64,000 nucleotides of DNA from Eledone cirrhosa (taxonomy: Eukaryota), in the NCBI GenBank assembly GCA_964016885.1, contig OZ024741.1:216008001-216072000 (forward strand), in the 5' to 3' direction. The notes below the pieces were generated by a model. That model saw only the letters and a list, made by a program, of their open reading frames with translations, did no database searches and was not told the origin of the DNA. Below are positions 46,620 to 61,478 of this stretch, piece by piece. The position numbers were made by a program, and so were the translations under genes. Within the stretch, counting starts at the first letter, position 1, and each line of letters begins with the position of its first letter.

Positions 46620-46703
46620 ATATAATTGGTGTTGGATGCTTAAATCGTCCGTATGCGGCGGTCGGCCGTATGAACACTCGATGTTCTCATAGAGCAGAGT
46701 ATG

Positions 46704-47057
46704 ATATCACAGAAAAAAAGAGAATCAGTGTTGCGACGAATGGAATTTATTGGACATATTACAATCGTTTCTCTGGAGACCAGCGCGAGGCACGATCGAT
46801 GTGATGATCTAACCTGACTCTGAAAATCGCAAGGTTCTCAGATACGTCTTGATTCTACGAAGCAGATTTTTTTATGGAAAATCTGATAGGAAATTCTGCT
46901 TCGTAGAATCAAGACGTATCTAAGACCCTTGCGATTTTCAGAGTCAGGTTCGATCATCACATCGATCGTGCCTCGAGCTGGTCGCCAGAGAAACGATTGT
47001 AATATGTCCTATAAATTCCATTCGTCGCAACACTGATTCTCTTTTTTTCTGTGATAT
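46704..47057. repeat. Fold-back with arms of about 165 bp ending at (TA)n
   Basis: 46704-46869 versus 46891-47057 are reverse complements with scattered mismatches. Confidence 0.95.
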
Positions 47058-47224
47058 ATATATATATATATTGTTATACTTTGGGAGGGTCATGTTCCCA
47101 ATAAGAAACACACGCACCAGTTGCTTTCACTTCAATTTATTATAAATTAAATTTATAAATTTAGGAATTTATAAATTTCCGGTTGGTTGGTTGGTTCCAC
47201 AACCAGACGATTGTTCATATATTG

Positions 47225-47265
47225 TCAAAGCTCTTTCGTCACACATTCTGTGACCTCTTCAGTGA
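47225..47265 (-). ncRNA. Minimal hammerhead motif in a module of about 250 bp between TA tracts
   Basis: Minus strand: tca-CTGAAGA-g-gtcaca/gaatg/tgtgac-GAAA-gagctT-tga. Confidence 0.75.
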
Positions 47266-47320
47266 TTCTTTTCTTTGTTTTTGTGCCTCTCCTTTGTTCT
47301 GTCCTACGCCATCTTGTTTT

Positions 47321-47369
<49 letters not shown>

Positions 47370-47373
<4 letters not shown>

Positions 47374-48896
47374 GTTTGTATTTGTAAAGCCAAAACAATG
47401 CATGTGTGGATATAGAATATAAATGCAAATGCAAAAGATATTGTTGACAATTAGTCTTTTACCTTAAATTTATTTAAGTATCCTTAATTTTCGAGATAAT
47501 ATCTCTTCTTCGGAGAGAAGTAAAGCTGTAAACCAGCATTCTAAATAGCTTGCAAGTCATGCTGACAGGAAATGGTATAGAGAATCTGTTCTATCTCTAA
47601 TGTCAAAGAGTGAAGGTTAGGTGGATAAAGAGTAGTCTCCCTTTAAAAGGGGTTTTGTACATGTATGTTTAAGTGTGTGGGAGAATACGTGAAGGTGTAA
47701 GTATGTGTGTGTGTGTGTGAGTGTGAGAAGATATGTCTATACGTGAATGTGGGGGATAGATGCTCTATCGCGTTAAAACTGGTCTTTGTGTGTGTATGTG
47801 TGTGAGAGAGAATAAGTGGAGGTGTAAGCGTGTGTGTGTGTGTGTGTGTGTGCGTGTGTGAGTGCGTGTGTGTGTGAGAGGGGGTGTAAGTATGGGGCTA
47901 GGTGCTCTATTAAGTTATAAATTGGGTATTGAGTTCTAGTCTATTATTGATTGGTGGTTGTGTTTTGTCTATAATCAATGCTTCCTTAATTCTAAGATTG
48001 CCGAAGTTTCTTTCCTTAGTTTCTATCCTAGCTGTTCTGTTTTTGTCGGTGTTTTTGCATTTCACTAGGTGTTTCTTAAATGAGGAAGCGTTAGTATTGA
48101 GGTGTTCTTTTATTCTTATGTGAAGTGGTCTGGTGGTGCTACCTACGTAGAAGTTGCTTCATTTGTCGCACTATAATCTGTATACGACGTAAGCCTGGTG
48201 GCATAGGTCTGTCTCGTTGATGGGGCAGTTGGCTAGCCTGCAGCGGCTGTCATGTCTGGTGGAGTGTCTTTTGGTTAGCCGTCCGCGTAGACAAGGTCCT
48301 GAGTTAGCTAGTTGGATATCTATTCCCTCTTGTCTGATGGCTCTGCGGATGGCTGTTGTTGTTTCCTCACTGAAGTGTGGGAGCTTCAGGAAGCAGGTGT
48401 TAGTGCCTTGGGTGTGGTGTCCTCTGTTGTTTCTGGCACGGTTCGTGGTGGACGTCGTGTATTCGTTCAGTTTGAGTACTTCCAGGAAATGTGTGGTGTG
48501 TGTCTCTAGGTCTCTAGCGTCAATGCATTTGTTCCCGATACATGTTAGTTCGTTCCTTATATAGCCGAACTTAGCGCTGGCTGGGAGGGCCGATCTGAAA
48601 TGTACAAACAGGTCCCTGCTGGCGGCTTTTTTATAGAAGCATGTGTGGATGTTGCTTTCCTCTGTTATCCTGAGCTGGAAGTCCAGTAGGGATAAGGATC
48701 CGCGGTCATCGGGGTGTTCCATGCTGAACTTTATACTGGCGTCCATGCTGGAGAATGTCGTGTATATTTTATCCGTTTCCTCACGGGATGATGTAAGGAT
48801 GAGTATGTCATCTACATATCGGGTGAAGAAGGTATGGGAATGGCAGGTGTTGAGGGCTCGGCATTCTAGCTGGTTCATATAGGTGATGGCCAGCAG
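47370..48896 (-). mobile_element. 5'-truncated Penelope-like element (RT, GIY-YIG 47910-48895) with a 3' HHR at 47482-47516
   Basis: RYVDDIL, LSLLDF, YKK, AYVVYRL, FYVGSTTRPLHIRIKEH, EALII. The 3' UTR carries CCGAAGA-a-gagat/att/atctc-GAAA and ends at (TA)n. Confidence 0.9.
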
Positions 48897-48906
48897 GTGA
48901 AAAGAT

Positions 48907-48990
48907 CCTTCTGACGAGAGTTTATCTTTGCAATGGATGCCGTAAGGACTGTCCGTTTATTTTTGAGACTCGAAACCGATTCGGTAAAGG
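48907..48990 (+). ncRNA. Canonical-core type-I hammerhead ribozyme with a long stem II
   Basis: cctt-CTGACGA-gagttt...agactc-GAAAccg/att/cggtA-aagg. Confidence 0.88.
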
Positions 48991-49390
48991 TAACCATGGT
49001 GAGTAAAGTTAATTTTTTTTAATTTATTTTGAAACTTTTTCTTATTGCTAAACCTGATTATATATGATCTGGCTCGTTAATTTATTAACCTGCCATTGAA
49101 CCACATTGGCATATGGTTGGACAATACATGTGTCCCTAAGCGCCTTGTGCGTGTAGGGATATATACTTTATTATTATTATTCTCCTCTTGGTCGAGAAAC
49201 AAATTTGGTCGCTGTGATTGCTGCTAGTTATAGCGAGGTAAGACTGATCTCCCTGCCTTTGCTTCTATCTTTACACACGGCACTTGAAGGAATTGCTTCC
49301 ACTTCATTTATTCTCATCTCGGGAACAATTTTGAATAGCGCCAGTTCGTAATTTGAACTCGGGAATTTTATATTCTCCGAGTGAAAAGAT

Positions 49391-49474
49391 CCTTCTGACG
49401 AGAGTTTACCTTTGCAATGGATGCCGTAAGGACTGTCCGTTTATTTTTGAGACTCGAAACCGATTCGGTAAAGG
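49391..49474 (+). ncRNA. Second copy of the hammerhead ribozyme
   Basis: Same motif 484 nt downstream. Confidence 0.88.
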
Positions 49475-50246
49475 TAACCATAGTGAGTAAAGTTAATTTT
49501 TTAAAATTTATTTTGAAACTTTTTCTTATTTGCTAAACCTGATTATATATGTTCTGGCTCGTTAATTTATTAACCTGCCATTGAACCACATTGGCATATG
49601 GTTGGACAATACATGTGTCCCTAAGCGCCTTGTGCGTGTAGGGATATATACTTTATTATATATATATATATATATATATATATTGAATTCGTTTCCTCAT
49701 AATTAGGGTTTCACTGCGATATTCTTCGATTATTGGGGGGGCGGGGGTAATGTTCCCCGTAATCTAGTATTTAAAACGGGCTTCTCCTTCTGTCGTTTTC
49801 ATTAGTCGGTTTCTAGGTATTAAAAAGAAACTTTGTTAACAAGTTTTTGATTAAAGTTGTCTCCCTTTAACTTTCCAAATCGTTGGCTCTGACATTTTTC
49901 ATTTGTAGACTTCATTATTATATACATATTAGTTGGGATTGGTTCTTCTAGAAATCTCAATTCATTCTTTTGTGTTGTTTTTGGAACGCAGCAACATATC
50001 AACATCTTCCAAGCAACTTTACCTATTTGCTTCAAAGCAAAAGCTTGCATTCAATTAAAGATATATTTTAGAATAATAAAGCATTGGGTGCAATAATATT
50101 CCGTCAGTTCACTGAGTAAAATACTTAATAGGTTCGTGTTCACTCAATAAGTAACAGATTAAAGAAAACGATAGAAACTTCGCCATATTGTTCTCTCGCC
50201 AGACATAGAGACAAGCATTTCCCCAGACATAAATACATAAGGATGA

Positions 50247-50303
<57 letters not shown>

Positions 50304-51389
50304 AAACGAGCCACATGTACATATATACAAAAAGGAAGATCGACAGACATACGTTCATATAATATAGCGGGCAGACTTATATAAATAAATAAATACATAC
50401 GTATCTACATGCACTCATACATATATATATATACATACATGCATAGTACATGCATGCATACATATATGCTTACATACAAACATACATACATACATAGATA
50501 CACATATACATGCACATATATACATACATACGTACATATACACATACATACATATATACAAACATACATACAAACACACATACAAACATAAAGAGATACA
50601 GGCACAAAGCTAGCGAGACATTCAAACATACGGAGATACAGACACAATCTAGCGAGACATACAGACATACACACAATAATTCTACCAGACATACAGACCA
50701 ACAAAGAGATCGCCAGAGGTAACCGTAGTAATATACAAGTAATTCTCCAGACACAAGAATATATACTAACATACACGCAAGTTCAAGCTGATCGGAGGTT
50801 GGTATAAGCCATGGTTGGTAGGCTGATTCTAGTAAGTGTAAAACGGTATCGAATATTGCATTTGCACTCAATCACATGCGTCAAAGGATATATAGGTCTT
50901 TGATGTAGGAAACGGTAGTAAATTACATTTTCTCACCAGAACAAGAAATAAGTAAACACGTTGGCTACTAAACGAATCAAAGAAACAATTGCTCGCAGAA
51001 ATATGCTACAAGATTAGACAAATCTTTCAAAAAAAATTCCTCTTTTTCTTTTAATGTCTACGAATATTGTTATTGTTTTATGTTCGTTCTTGATTATCTT
51101 CTTCTTCTTCTTCTTCTTCTTCTTCTTTTTCTTCTTCTTCTTCTTCTTCTTCTTCTTCTTCTTCTTCTTCTTCTTCTTCTTCTTCTTCTTCTTCTTCTTC
51201 TTCCTCCTCCTCCTCATCCTCCTTCTCCTCCTCCTCCTCCTTCTTCTTCTTCTTCTTCTTCTTCTTCTTCTTCTTCTTCTTCTTCTTCTCATTAGTATCA
51301 TTTGTCTTATATAATTACCTATAGGCATTGCATTACTGAGGATTCATGCCACCCTCTAGGACTCATGCCACACTCCCACTGTTTTTAGA

Positions 51390-52594
<1,205 letters not shown>

Positions 52595-52989
52595 GTATAG
52601 AAATTATTGTGAGCATGAAGCCAACAGAATTCCATAATATATAAGTGACTATAACGTCAAAATGGAAAAATAATTAACGTAAGATGTGGGAAAATAATTC
52701 AAACTCAATTAAAAATAAATCAAGACAGATTTATCCACAGATTTTGTGAAATCCAGGGATATATATATATGTGTGTGTCCGTGTGTCCGTGTCTGTCTGT
52801 GTGCATGTGTGTCTGTGTGTATGTCTCTGTTTGTGTTTGTCTGTGTGTGTATATGTGTGTGCGTGTCTGTGTGTGTATATGTGTGTGCGTGTATGTGTGT
52901 GTAGTGAGTTTCCTTAGACGAGATAAATGAAAAAGAGTGTTTTATGTAATGTACGGAGCTAAAGTATGTTATTTTGAAGAAATTCCTTA

Positions 52990-53164
52990 CATGCTACCTC
53001 AGGTTTCAAAGACTACTCTAACATAGGTCTTAGAGACCGTATATCTTCTTGTGTTGCTTATCTTACAGCTAATACCAGAAAATGCCTATAAGATAAGCAA
53101 CACGAGCAGATATATGGTCTCTAAGACCTATGTTAGAGTAGTCTTTGAAACATGAGGTAGCATG
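52990..53164. repeat. Fold-back with arms of about 76 bp
   Basis: catgctacctca...ttgcttatctta / taagataagcaa...tgaggtagcatg. Confidence 0.9.
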
Positions 53165-53414
53165 CAGATATGTTGAAAATGTATTCATAATAATAATTGT
53201 TTCTACGTTTAGCACAAGGCCAGCAATTAATCAGTACATTACTGGTACTTTATTTTATCGACCCCGTAAGAATGAAAGGCAAAGTTAACCTCGGCTGAAA
53301 TTTCAACTCAGATCATAAAGGGACTTAACTCTATGCTTCAAAGCATGGTGTCCGACTCTCTACCGATACTGCCAATCCACCGCCCTTTTCATAATAATAA
53401 TAATAATAATAATA

Positions 53415-53467
<53 letters not shown>

Positions 53468-53687
53468 TGTGTGTGTTTGCACGCTCGTGTGTCTGTATGT
53501 GTATATGTGTGTGTGGTGAGTATAAATATATTTCGATTGAATGTTCTTCTTCTTCGTGGTGAACTGGAGAGGTGTTACTTTTCATGTATTATATTTCATC
53601 TGTTTTGAGTTTTGTTCTTGTTTATTTTTATTTTTATTATTTTTGTTTTCGTGGCTTTTTAGTTTAGCATCTATCTATCTATCTATC

Positions 53688-55688
53688 TCCGGCTCCTCGA
53701 TTATTGGATATATTACGTGTTAACAGTAAGTGTTTGTCTGTATTCTTGTGTTATTGTGTTAATTAACCCCCTTGCCTGGGTCTTCGGACATTAGGGTTAA
53801 TTTATTTCACCCCTTTTGGGGTGAAATTTTTCATCCTAAAAATCTTGTGATTGTCTCTACGCTAGTGGTAATGGAAGCCATTACCACAGGTAACGATGAC
53901 ACGCCCACTAAACAAACTGAAGGAGAGCGGGTAGCGGAAGCAACAAGCCTCCGCACTGAAAGAATAATGATTATTAGAAACATTGAAAAAATGGAGCCTA
54001 ACCCTAGTGAAAAAAATGTAAAAAAAATTGACTCGGAGTAATTGCCAACATTAATGGATGCCGTTTCGATTTTTCACGGTGCCACGCCCACCAGCAAAGG
54101 TGAAAGAGAAGTAGTAGCTGTGACTACAAGTCTCTTGGATACTGAAAATATAAGTGAACATTTTCAAAAAATGGAGTCTAACCCCAACGGGGAAAAAAAT
54201 GTGAACGCATACACCAACATAAATAACACAGACACAACAAAAAATGAAAATTGTAACAACAAAAAACAAGAAAACCACATTTCGACAAATGTAAACAGAG
54301 AGGGGTCGAACAAAATGACGTTCGCACAAACCATAAAAAAACTACTGTGTATGAACCTATTGAGATTTCGAACATGGCCCAGCAAATGGAAAATGCACGG
54401 AAGTATATAACTTTGGAGGAGAATGGTCTATTTTCTTTAAATTCTCCCCAGAGCTAAAAACAATTATTTATAGGACAATATCAAACAAAACCCGTAAGCC
54501 AGTACAACTCTCACAAACAGAGATTGAACTGGCTTTAAAAGATCATCTGAAAAACATTGTATTCATTCGGAAGGATAGGCTCTACAGTAGTCTATCCATC
54601 CGAATGAAAGATAAATTGACGGCCGAAAAACATTCCCTGGCCCCAATTGTGTCCCCCTTATTTACCTTCTTCCCCACTTATTTGGGAAGAAAAACACAAA
54701 GATTGACCATACACAGTATCGATCCAGATATTGATTTCTGGGCGGTACTGTGTGGCCTCCTCGACTTGAAAGTGGATGCAATAATTTCGGTAGGTAAGTC
54801 TTCCAGCAACGTGTTCGGTGGAACTAGCCTGCAAGTTCTGGTGCAAATGCAGCCAGAACGAATTGCTAGGATCCCCGACCGCATATTGCTGGATAGGCTT
54901 GCCTACTTACACATCACAGTGGAGGGTAGACGACTCACTTGTTACCTCTGTGGTGGCTACCGAGGGGCGCTGCCCGTTCGAGAAAAGCTCTACAGACACG
55001 GGCACCCGGGTAGGGACCCCTCAAAAAATATCTGTCCCAGATGCGTGCGCGACGAGGAAACCGTTGCGCACGCATAGCTACACTGCTCGGGCGTTGCCGA
55101 TCTGTGAGGCTATGTCGAAACGACTACTGTCACGGGTGGGACCAATCCGGTTGACCGCTGAGTCCATTGTAACGATCAAGCCGCCTCTCCCTTCAAAAAT
55201 GAAGGAGAGGCGGTCTTCCTCTGTGTAATAGCCATGGTGAAAGAGGTGGTATGGTACACACGTTTGAAAGGGCTGAGGTCGGACACCTTTCTCTCCGGCC
55301 AACATCTGGTCCTTTTCTTTAAATACCATTTTAAGAGAAGGATCAGAATGGAGAGAGAGGTGCTCTACCCCACCAAGTTTTATGAAAGGTGGGTGAAAGT
55401 AGCGACAATGGCCCGTGTGAATGGGCCTTCTCTCTTTATCAGCCTGTAGGTGGAAAGGTGGAAGTGCAAAGGAGCACCCCCTCTCTGTGCTCCTGGGGAA
55501 AAGGGTTACACACTTTTTCGGGGGGCGGGGGGTTGTAACCCCCAAAATGCCTCCTCCCTGTTGAGGACTGTATTGTTAATTTTTTTATATTTGTTATTTG
55601 TTTTTTTTTTACTCGTTCCTTTATGTAAATTCCCCCCTTGTATTTGTCCCCTTCTTTTGTGCCCTCGTGGCAAATAAATAGAAACTGA
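53688..55688 (+). mobile_element. Internally deleted Tx1-like LINE flanked by (ATCT)n
   Basis: ORF1 (FTFFPTY...VEGRRLTCYLCG) is fused directly to the ORF2 tail (YRGALPVREK...CPRC). atctatct tracts lie at about 53670 and 55689. Confidence 0.88.
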
Positions 55689-55705
55689 TCTATCTATCTA
55701 TCTAT

Positions 55706-57870
55706 CACCCCGTCTAGTGCATTTGGCAGCAGAACGGGAGAATTCCCAGTTCTACAGGCAAGGGCGTAGTAACGCTGATCAGGAAAGACGAGAACATGGG
55801 GACGAAATTAACAACTTCAGGCCCATAACTCTGCTCAACACAGAGTTAAAGATTTTGGCCCAGGTGCTAGCGACGAGGTTGGCGCTTGTTGTCGAGAACC
55901 TGGTTGGGAAAGCGCAAACGTGTGCAATCTCGACCAGGTCCATACACGACAACCTCCACCTCATTCGATACATCATAGAGAGGGTGGGTAGTAAACCCGG
56001 CTTCGGTGGGGCTCTGATCAATTTGGATCAGTCTAAGGCATTCGATAGGGTCGACCATCGATACTTGGAAGCGGTTCTCAAGGCGGCCGGTTTCGGTCCC
56101 GTTTTCAGAGGCTGGATCGAGGCGATGCACACCAGCATCTGCTCGAGGGTCAAGGTGAACGGCTACCTATCAGAGTCGTTCGCAATCACGCGTTCCATTC
56201 GACAGAGGTGCCCTCTCTCTTCCATTCTGTATGTATTGACTCTAGAGCCACTACTGCGGAAATTGGAGCTGTTGCAGGGCATCCCTCTAGAACCAGGTCT
56301 GCGCAAAGCGGGGTCGGATTATGCCGACGACGTGGCACAATGGTGTCGAGCATCTCGGAAATCGGGGTGATCGGCAACTTATTGAAAGAATCCGAAACAC
56401 TGACGGGAGCAAAACTAAACCCAGACAAGTGTGTCGGATTGCAACTCCGTACGTGGAGTGGTAAACTGATGACGTCCGACAGCGTCGTTGGACGCTGGAC
56501 GGACGGACCGGGGAAATTGCCCGGGTTCTGGTTCGGTCCAGACCTCCAGGTGGATAAAAACTGGAACGAGGTCACGGCCAACGTGTTTGCGCTCACCCAG
56601 AAGTAGGCAGAGTGTAAACTGTCCTTGAAAGGTGAAGAGGAGGTGGCGAACACATTCATCGCGTCCGTCATTTACTACCGCTTGACCGTCGTGCCTTGTC
56701 CCTGTGAATACTTCACCAAGATAGAAGCATGCTCTTCCAGTTCCTTTGGAAGAAGCAGGTTCCACTGGTGAGGAGATCCCTCTGCTGTCAGCACCCTTCC
56801 AACGGAGGGCTGGGATGGCGTTGCTGATGATGCGCAAAAATGCGCTGAGGCTACGGCATCTCCTGGTATTCCTCACCGACCCCCAACCGGTGTTGGCACC
56901 GTTTGTGAGACAGGCTTTCCCACAGCTCGTCTCGCTAACGGAGCTGCAGTCCTGGGTCAAGGAAAGACCGAAAATGATGGGCGCCTGGCACATTGAATGC
57001 GCTCAGGCGCTCACAGTCCTCTGGCAAGCGGGCGCAGCAATCAGTGGAGACTACTTCGATATTCTATAGACGGCGACGACGTGCTTGGAGAGACTCTGGG
57101 CGTCGAAGACGATGAGCTCAACAGTCTGTTTGGTAGGACTTTCCGCCCGGGACCTATGGACAACTTCCAGAGGTCCCTGGCCTGGCAGTGCTACCGAGGA
57201 GCTCTACCGGTTCGTGACATGAGCTACAAGCACGGATGTGTCCAAGATGCGCGCAGGACATTGAAACAGTCCTACACGCAATTGTACACTGCCCGGGCGT
57301 AACCGACCTATGGAACTATGCAGAACAACTGCTGCCGCGTATGGGACAAATCCAGTTGACTGCCGAGTCCATAGTAAGGATCAAACCGCCAGCCTCTTTC
57401 AAAAACGAAAGTACAGTGGCTATGGTGAAAGAAGTTATATGGTGGACAAGATTGAGAGGACTGAGGACAGATGCCTTTCTCTCCGGACAACAATTGATTC
57501 CCTTCTTTAAGTATCACTTTAGAAGGAGAATCAGAGTGGAGAGAGAGGCACTGAACCCCGGTAAATTTACCGAAAGGTGGGTGAATGAAGCGAAAATGGC
57601 CCGAGTGATTGGGCCTTCTCTGTTTATAAGCCTGTAGGTTAAAGAAGAGAGCAAAAGGAAGAAAGGAGCACTTGCACAACACGCTCCTGGAGTTGAGGGT
57701 TGTTCTATCGACGGTGTATTAAACAACCCATTTGTGGAGCCTCCCCCCTATTGGGGATTTCGATTGTTGTAATTGTTTGTTTCTATATTTTTTACACAAC
57801 TGTATGTAAAATCCCCGGAATGTCTTTGTATTGTCCCCTTTTCTTGTGCGCCCTTGTGTCAAATAAAGAA
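55706..57870 (+). mobile_element. 5'-truncated Tx1-like LINE, close relative of 24655-26800
   Basis: NFRPITLLNT, LDQSKAFDRV, CPLS..LY, YADDV. The 3' UTR is nearly colinear with the reverse complement of 24655-24860. Confidence 0.92.
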
Positions 57871-58369
57871 ATATATCTATATATTTAGAGAATTGTTTTG
57901 TTGAAATCTATGATGATTTTTTTCTTCACTTGAAGCTGCTAAAACGACGCAATAAAAACGAAATTTTTTTCTTTTCAAAATCTATATTATAATGATTGTA
58001 AGTTTTGTTTGTGTCTGTCAGTCACACAAACGCTACAATCTGTAAAAAAAATCTCGTCCAATTTTAATTTCAATTTAGAATTTACTAAAGGATTATAAGT
58101 AAAACAAGAAAACGGGGATAACGGAAATATTCTAAATATTCTAAATATATTTATTCATCTCAGTAATATTTCTCTTGAAGCGGTTTTTTCTGTTTCTATT
58201 CATCTAAAAAGCCCTCTATCATAATTTCGCATGATATCCTTTATTAAGTTATGTTGGAAATGCCGACTTAATAATGATAAATTTAGTTATATTACTGAAT
58301 CCCGCAATATTTTTATTATTAAACATTTTTCTTTTTTAAAGCATGCAGCGATTGTGAAGGGGTTGGAGC

Positions 58370-58590
58370 TGGATTGGACGTACACTCAGTATCCAACACC
58401 CCACGCCAAGCCTTGACCTGGAACCCCCAGAGTAAGAGGAAGAGAGGCAGCTGGAGGAGTGACACTTAGGCAGAATTAAGAAAATTGGAAGCCAACTGGA
58501 GTGGAGTGGCGAGAGCAGGTCGGGATCGCGTACGATAGTGGAGGGTCGTTAATGGCCTATGCTCCACAGAGAACGATGGAGCTGAATGAA
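58370..58590 (+). mobile_element. RTE-clade LINE 3' stub
   Basis: My translation gives QALTWNPQSKRKRG...WR...DRVR...VNGLCST, the typical RTE C-terminus. Confidence 0.75.
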
Positions 58591-60071
58591 TAAATGATAT
58601 GGTAACGAAAGGGTTAAGTATAAATAAGGGTTTCTTGTATAGGCACAAGGCCAGCAATTTTGGGGGAGGGGAAAATCGATTAGATCGACCCCAATGCGTG
58701 ACTGGTACTTTATTTTATCGACCCTGTAAGGATAAAAGGCAAAGTTAACCTCGGCAGGATTTGAACTCAAATCATAAAGGGCCGAAACTCTATGCTGCAA
58801 AGCATGACGTCCGACCCCCTACCGATACTGCCAATCCACATAATCCATATTATTCTGTATTTTATACAGACCTCGGTGGACGCAACACAAAAAAATGTTT
58901 AAGAAATTCGTTTTGTAATGATTTGTTCCCGGTTGAATCCCACCACGAGTCATCTTGTTCAAATGAATCTCCTCGTGAATTACGTTAAAGATACACGTGT
59001 CTGTGGAATATTCAGTCATACGTTTATAGTAAAAGAACTGTTCCAGTAATTCAAAGAACCAGTCAAATCACACACCATGTCACGGTGAATCTCCCTGAGA
59101 ATTACATTAAATATAGACATGTCCGTGGAATTTTCAGCTACATACAAGCAGGCTGTTTGCGTTGATCGAATAACTAACTAAAACACTCGTCGTCAAAACC
59201 GACGCAAGCCCATTCCATTCTAATTCCCTCCATTCGGTACATACCTCAGATTGTTATTAAGCAGTTAATTTAACATACAACGTGTCTTTCCAACACGTTC
59301 ATTTGCTTGTAATATAAATATGATATTAGTGTAATAATATACAGTAATGTATGTTCTATAGTCTTCATTAACATTCAGTTACTAATTTCAGAAAACTATA
59401 TATCTTATTTCACAATGATTTACTAATAATTCTGCTGCTTAATTAGTCAACAAAATCCAATCAAATGGAGCTTGAAATAGCACCTATAATTTAATATATT
59501 GGGAAATCAATCTTACTTTGTTGTAAACAATTGACGATGGGGAAACAAGTCTTCGCTTATTGAACATGAAATATGTTTGCCTTCCAGCGACTTGCAAATA
59601 GAGAAAGATAAAATGGTGGCCAGACGAAATCTAAATAGATATTGTATTTACAATATGATTCAAATTTACACAACAAACGTCTGCAACGTAAGCCTATATA
59701 GATTACTTATCGGAACTAAAATTATGAGGAAACGCACAAGATTTATAATGTGTTTGGTGATATCTTAACATGTGACAATAGTGTGAAAGAGGGAGCGAGT
59801 GGGTGTGGGTGTGTGCTTTTGTATGTGTGTGTTTGTGTGGGTGTGGGTGTGTCCGTGTGGAGATAAGAGAGTCAAAGAAAGAGAATGATAAAGTATGACA
59901 GATAGAGGATGGCGTAGAGACTGAGACACAGAGAGGGAGAGAGAGCGAGAGAGAGAGTGAGAGAGAGAGAGAGAGATAGAGAGTGCGAAAGAGAGAGTGA
60001 GAGAGAATGATAAAGTGAGTGTGTGTGTGAGATAGAGGATGGCGTAGAGAGAGAGAGAGAGAATGTGTGTG

Positions 60072-60107
<36 letters not shown>

Positions 60108-60714
60108 GAGATAAGGGAGTCAAAGAGAGAAAGAGAGTGATTAAGTGAGTGTGAGAGATAGAGGATGGCGCAGAGAGAGAGAGAGAGAATGATAAAGTAT
60201 GTGTGATAGATAGAGGATGGCGTAGAAAGAGTGAGAACGAGAGAGAGGGAGAGAGAGAATATGTGGGGGGGGGGCAGAGAGAATGAAGGAGTGAGTGTGA
60301 GAGAGAGAGTGGGAGTATGTGTGTGTAGGAGAGAGGGAATCTAAAACAGACGGCGAGAGTAAGAGAGGTGTGTGTGAGTGTGTTTGTATGTGTAAGTTAG
60401 TGTGTCTGTGTCTGTGTGTGTGTGAGTGTGTATGTGAGTGAATGTGTATGTGTATATGCGTCTGTGTGCGTCTGTGTGTGAGAGTATGAATGTATATATG
60501 TGTCTCTGAGTTTGTGTGAGCAAGTGTATCTGTGTGTGTGTGTGTATATATGTGTATGGGTATGTGTGTGAGCGAGTGTATCTGTATGTGTGTGTATATG
60601 TGTCTGAGTGTGTGTGTGAGCGAGTGTATTTGTGTGTGTGAGCGAGTGTATCTGTCTGTGTGTGTGTGTGTCTGGGTGTTTGAGCGAGTGTATCTGTGTG
60701 TGTGTGTATATGTG

Positions 60715-60775
<61 letters not shown>

Positions 60776-60856
60776 TCGTGTGTATCTGTGTGTATGTGTA
60801 TGTATGTGTCTGTATGTGTGAGTGTGAATGTATATATCTGTGTGTGAGTGAATGTA

Positions 60857-60893
<37 letters not shown>

Positions 60894-61017
60894 CTAGATG
60901 TGTGTGTATGTGAGTGTAGGAGAGACAAAGAGAGAAAGGTAAGTATAATTATTTGCGTAGAATTGAAGAATGAATTAGTAGAGATAGGAATGGAATAACT
61001 TTCAGTACACTGAAAAG

Positions 61018-61064
<47 letters not shown>

Positions 61065-61096
61065 AAAGAATAGAGGTGTAACACACAAGTTATTAA

Positions 61097-61478
61097 TATA
61101 TTGGTAAATGGAATAGAAAATGCTGACAAATTGTTCACAGTGAAAAATAGTTTAATTAGGAATAAATGAGAATTAGTAATTGTATTGGTTAGTATTCAGT
61201 TTTGGTTTTAAGTATTACGGGTTGCGCATTTCTAATGCTTTTCAAAAATAATTTTGAGATAGAGCGTCCGTTATGTTTGCTCTGATCTGAGCAAACAACA
61301 GAGCAAACATAACGGACGCTCTATCTCAATATTATTTTTGAAAAGCATTAGAAATGCGCAACCCGTAAAACTTAAAACCAAAACTGAATACTAACCAATA
61401 CAATTACTAATTCTCATTTATTCCTAATTAAACTATTTTTCACTGTGAACAATTTGTCAGCATTTTCTATTCCGTTTA

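Larger units (their letters stand above)
48897..49659 (+). repeat. 484-bp tandem unit (about 1.6 copies), each copy starting with an HHR
   Basis: gtgaaaagatccttctgacga occurs at 48897 and 49381. The second copy ends at (TA)n. Confidence 0.95.
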
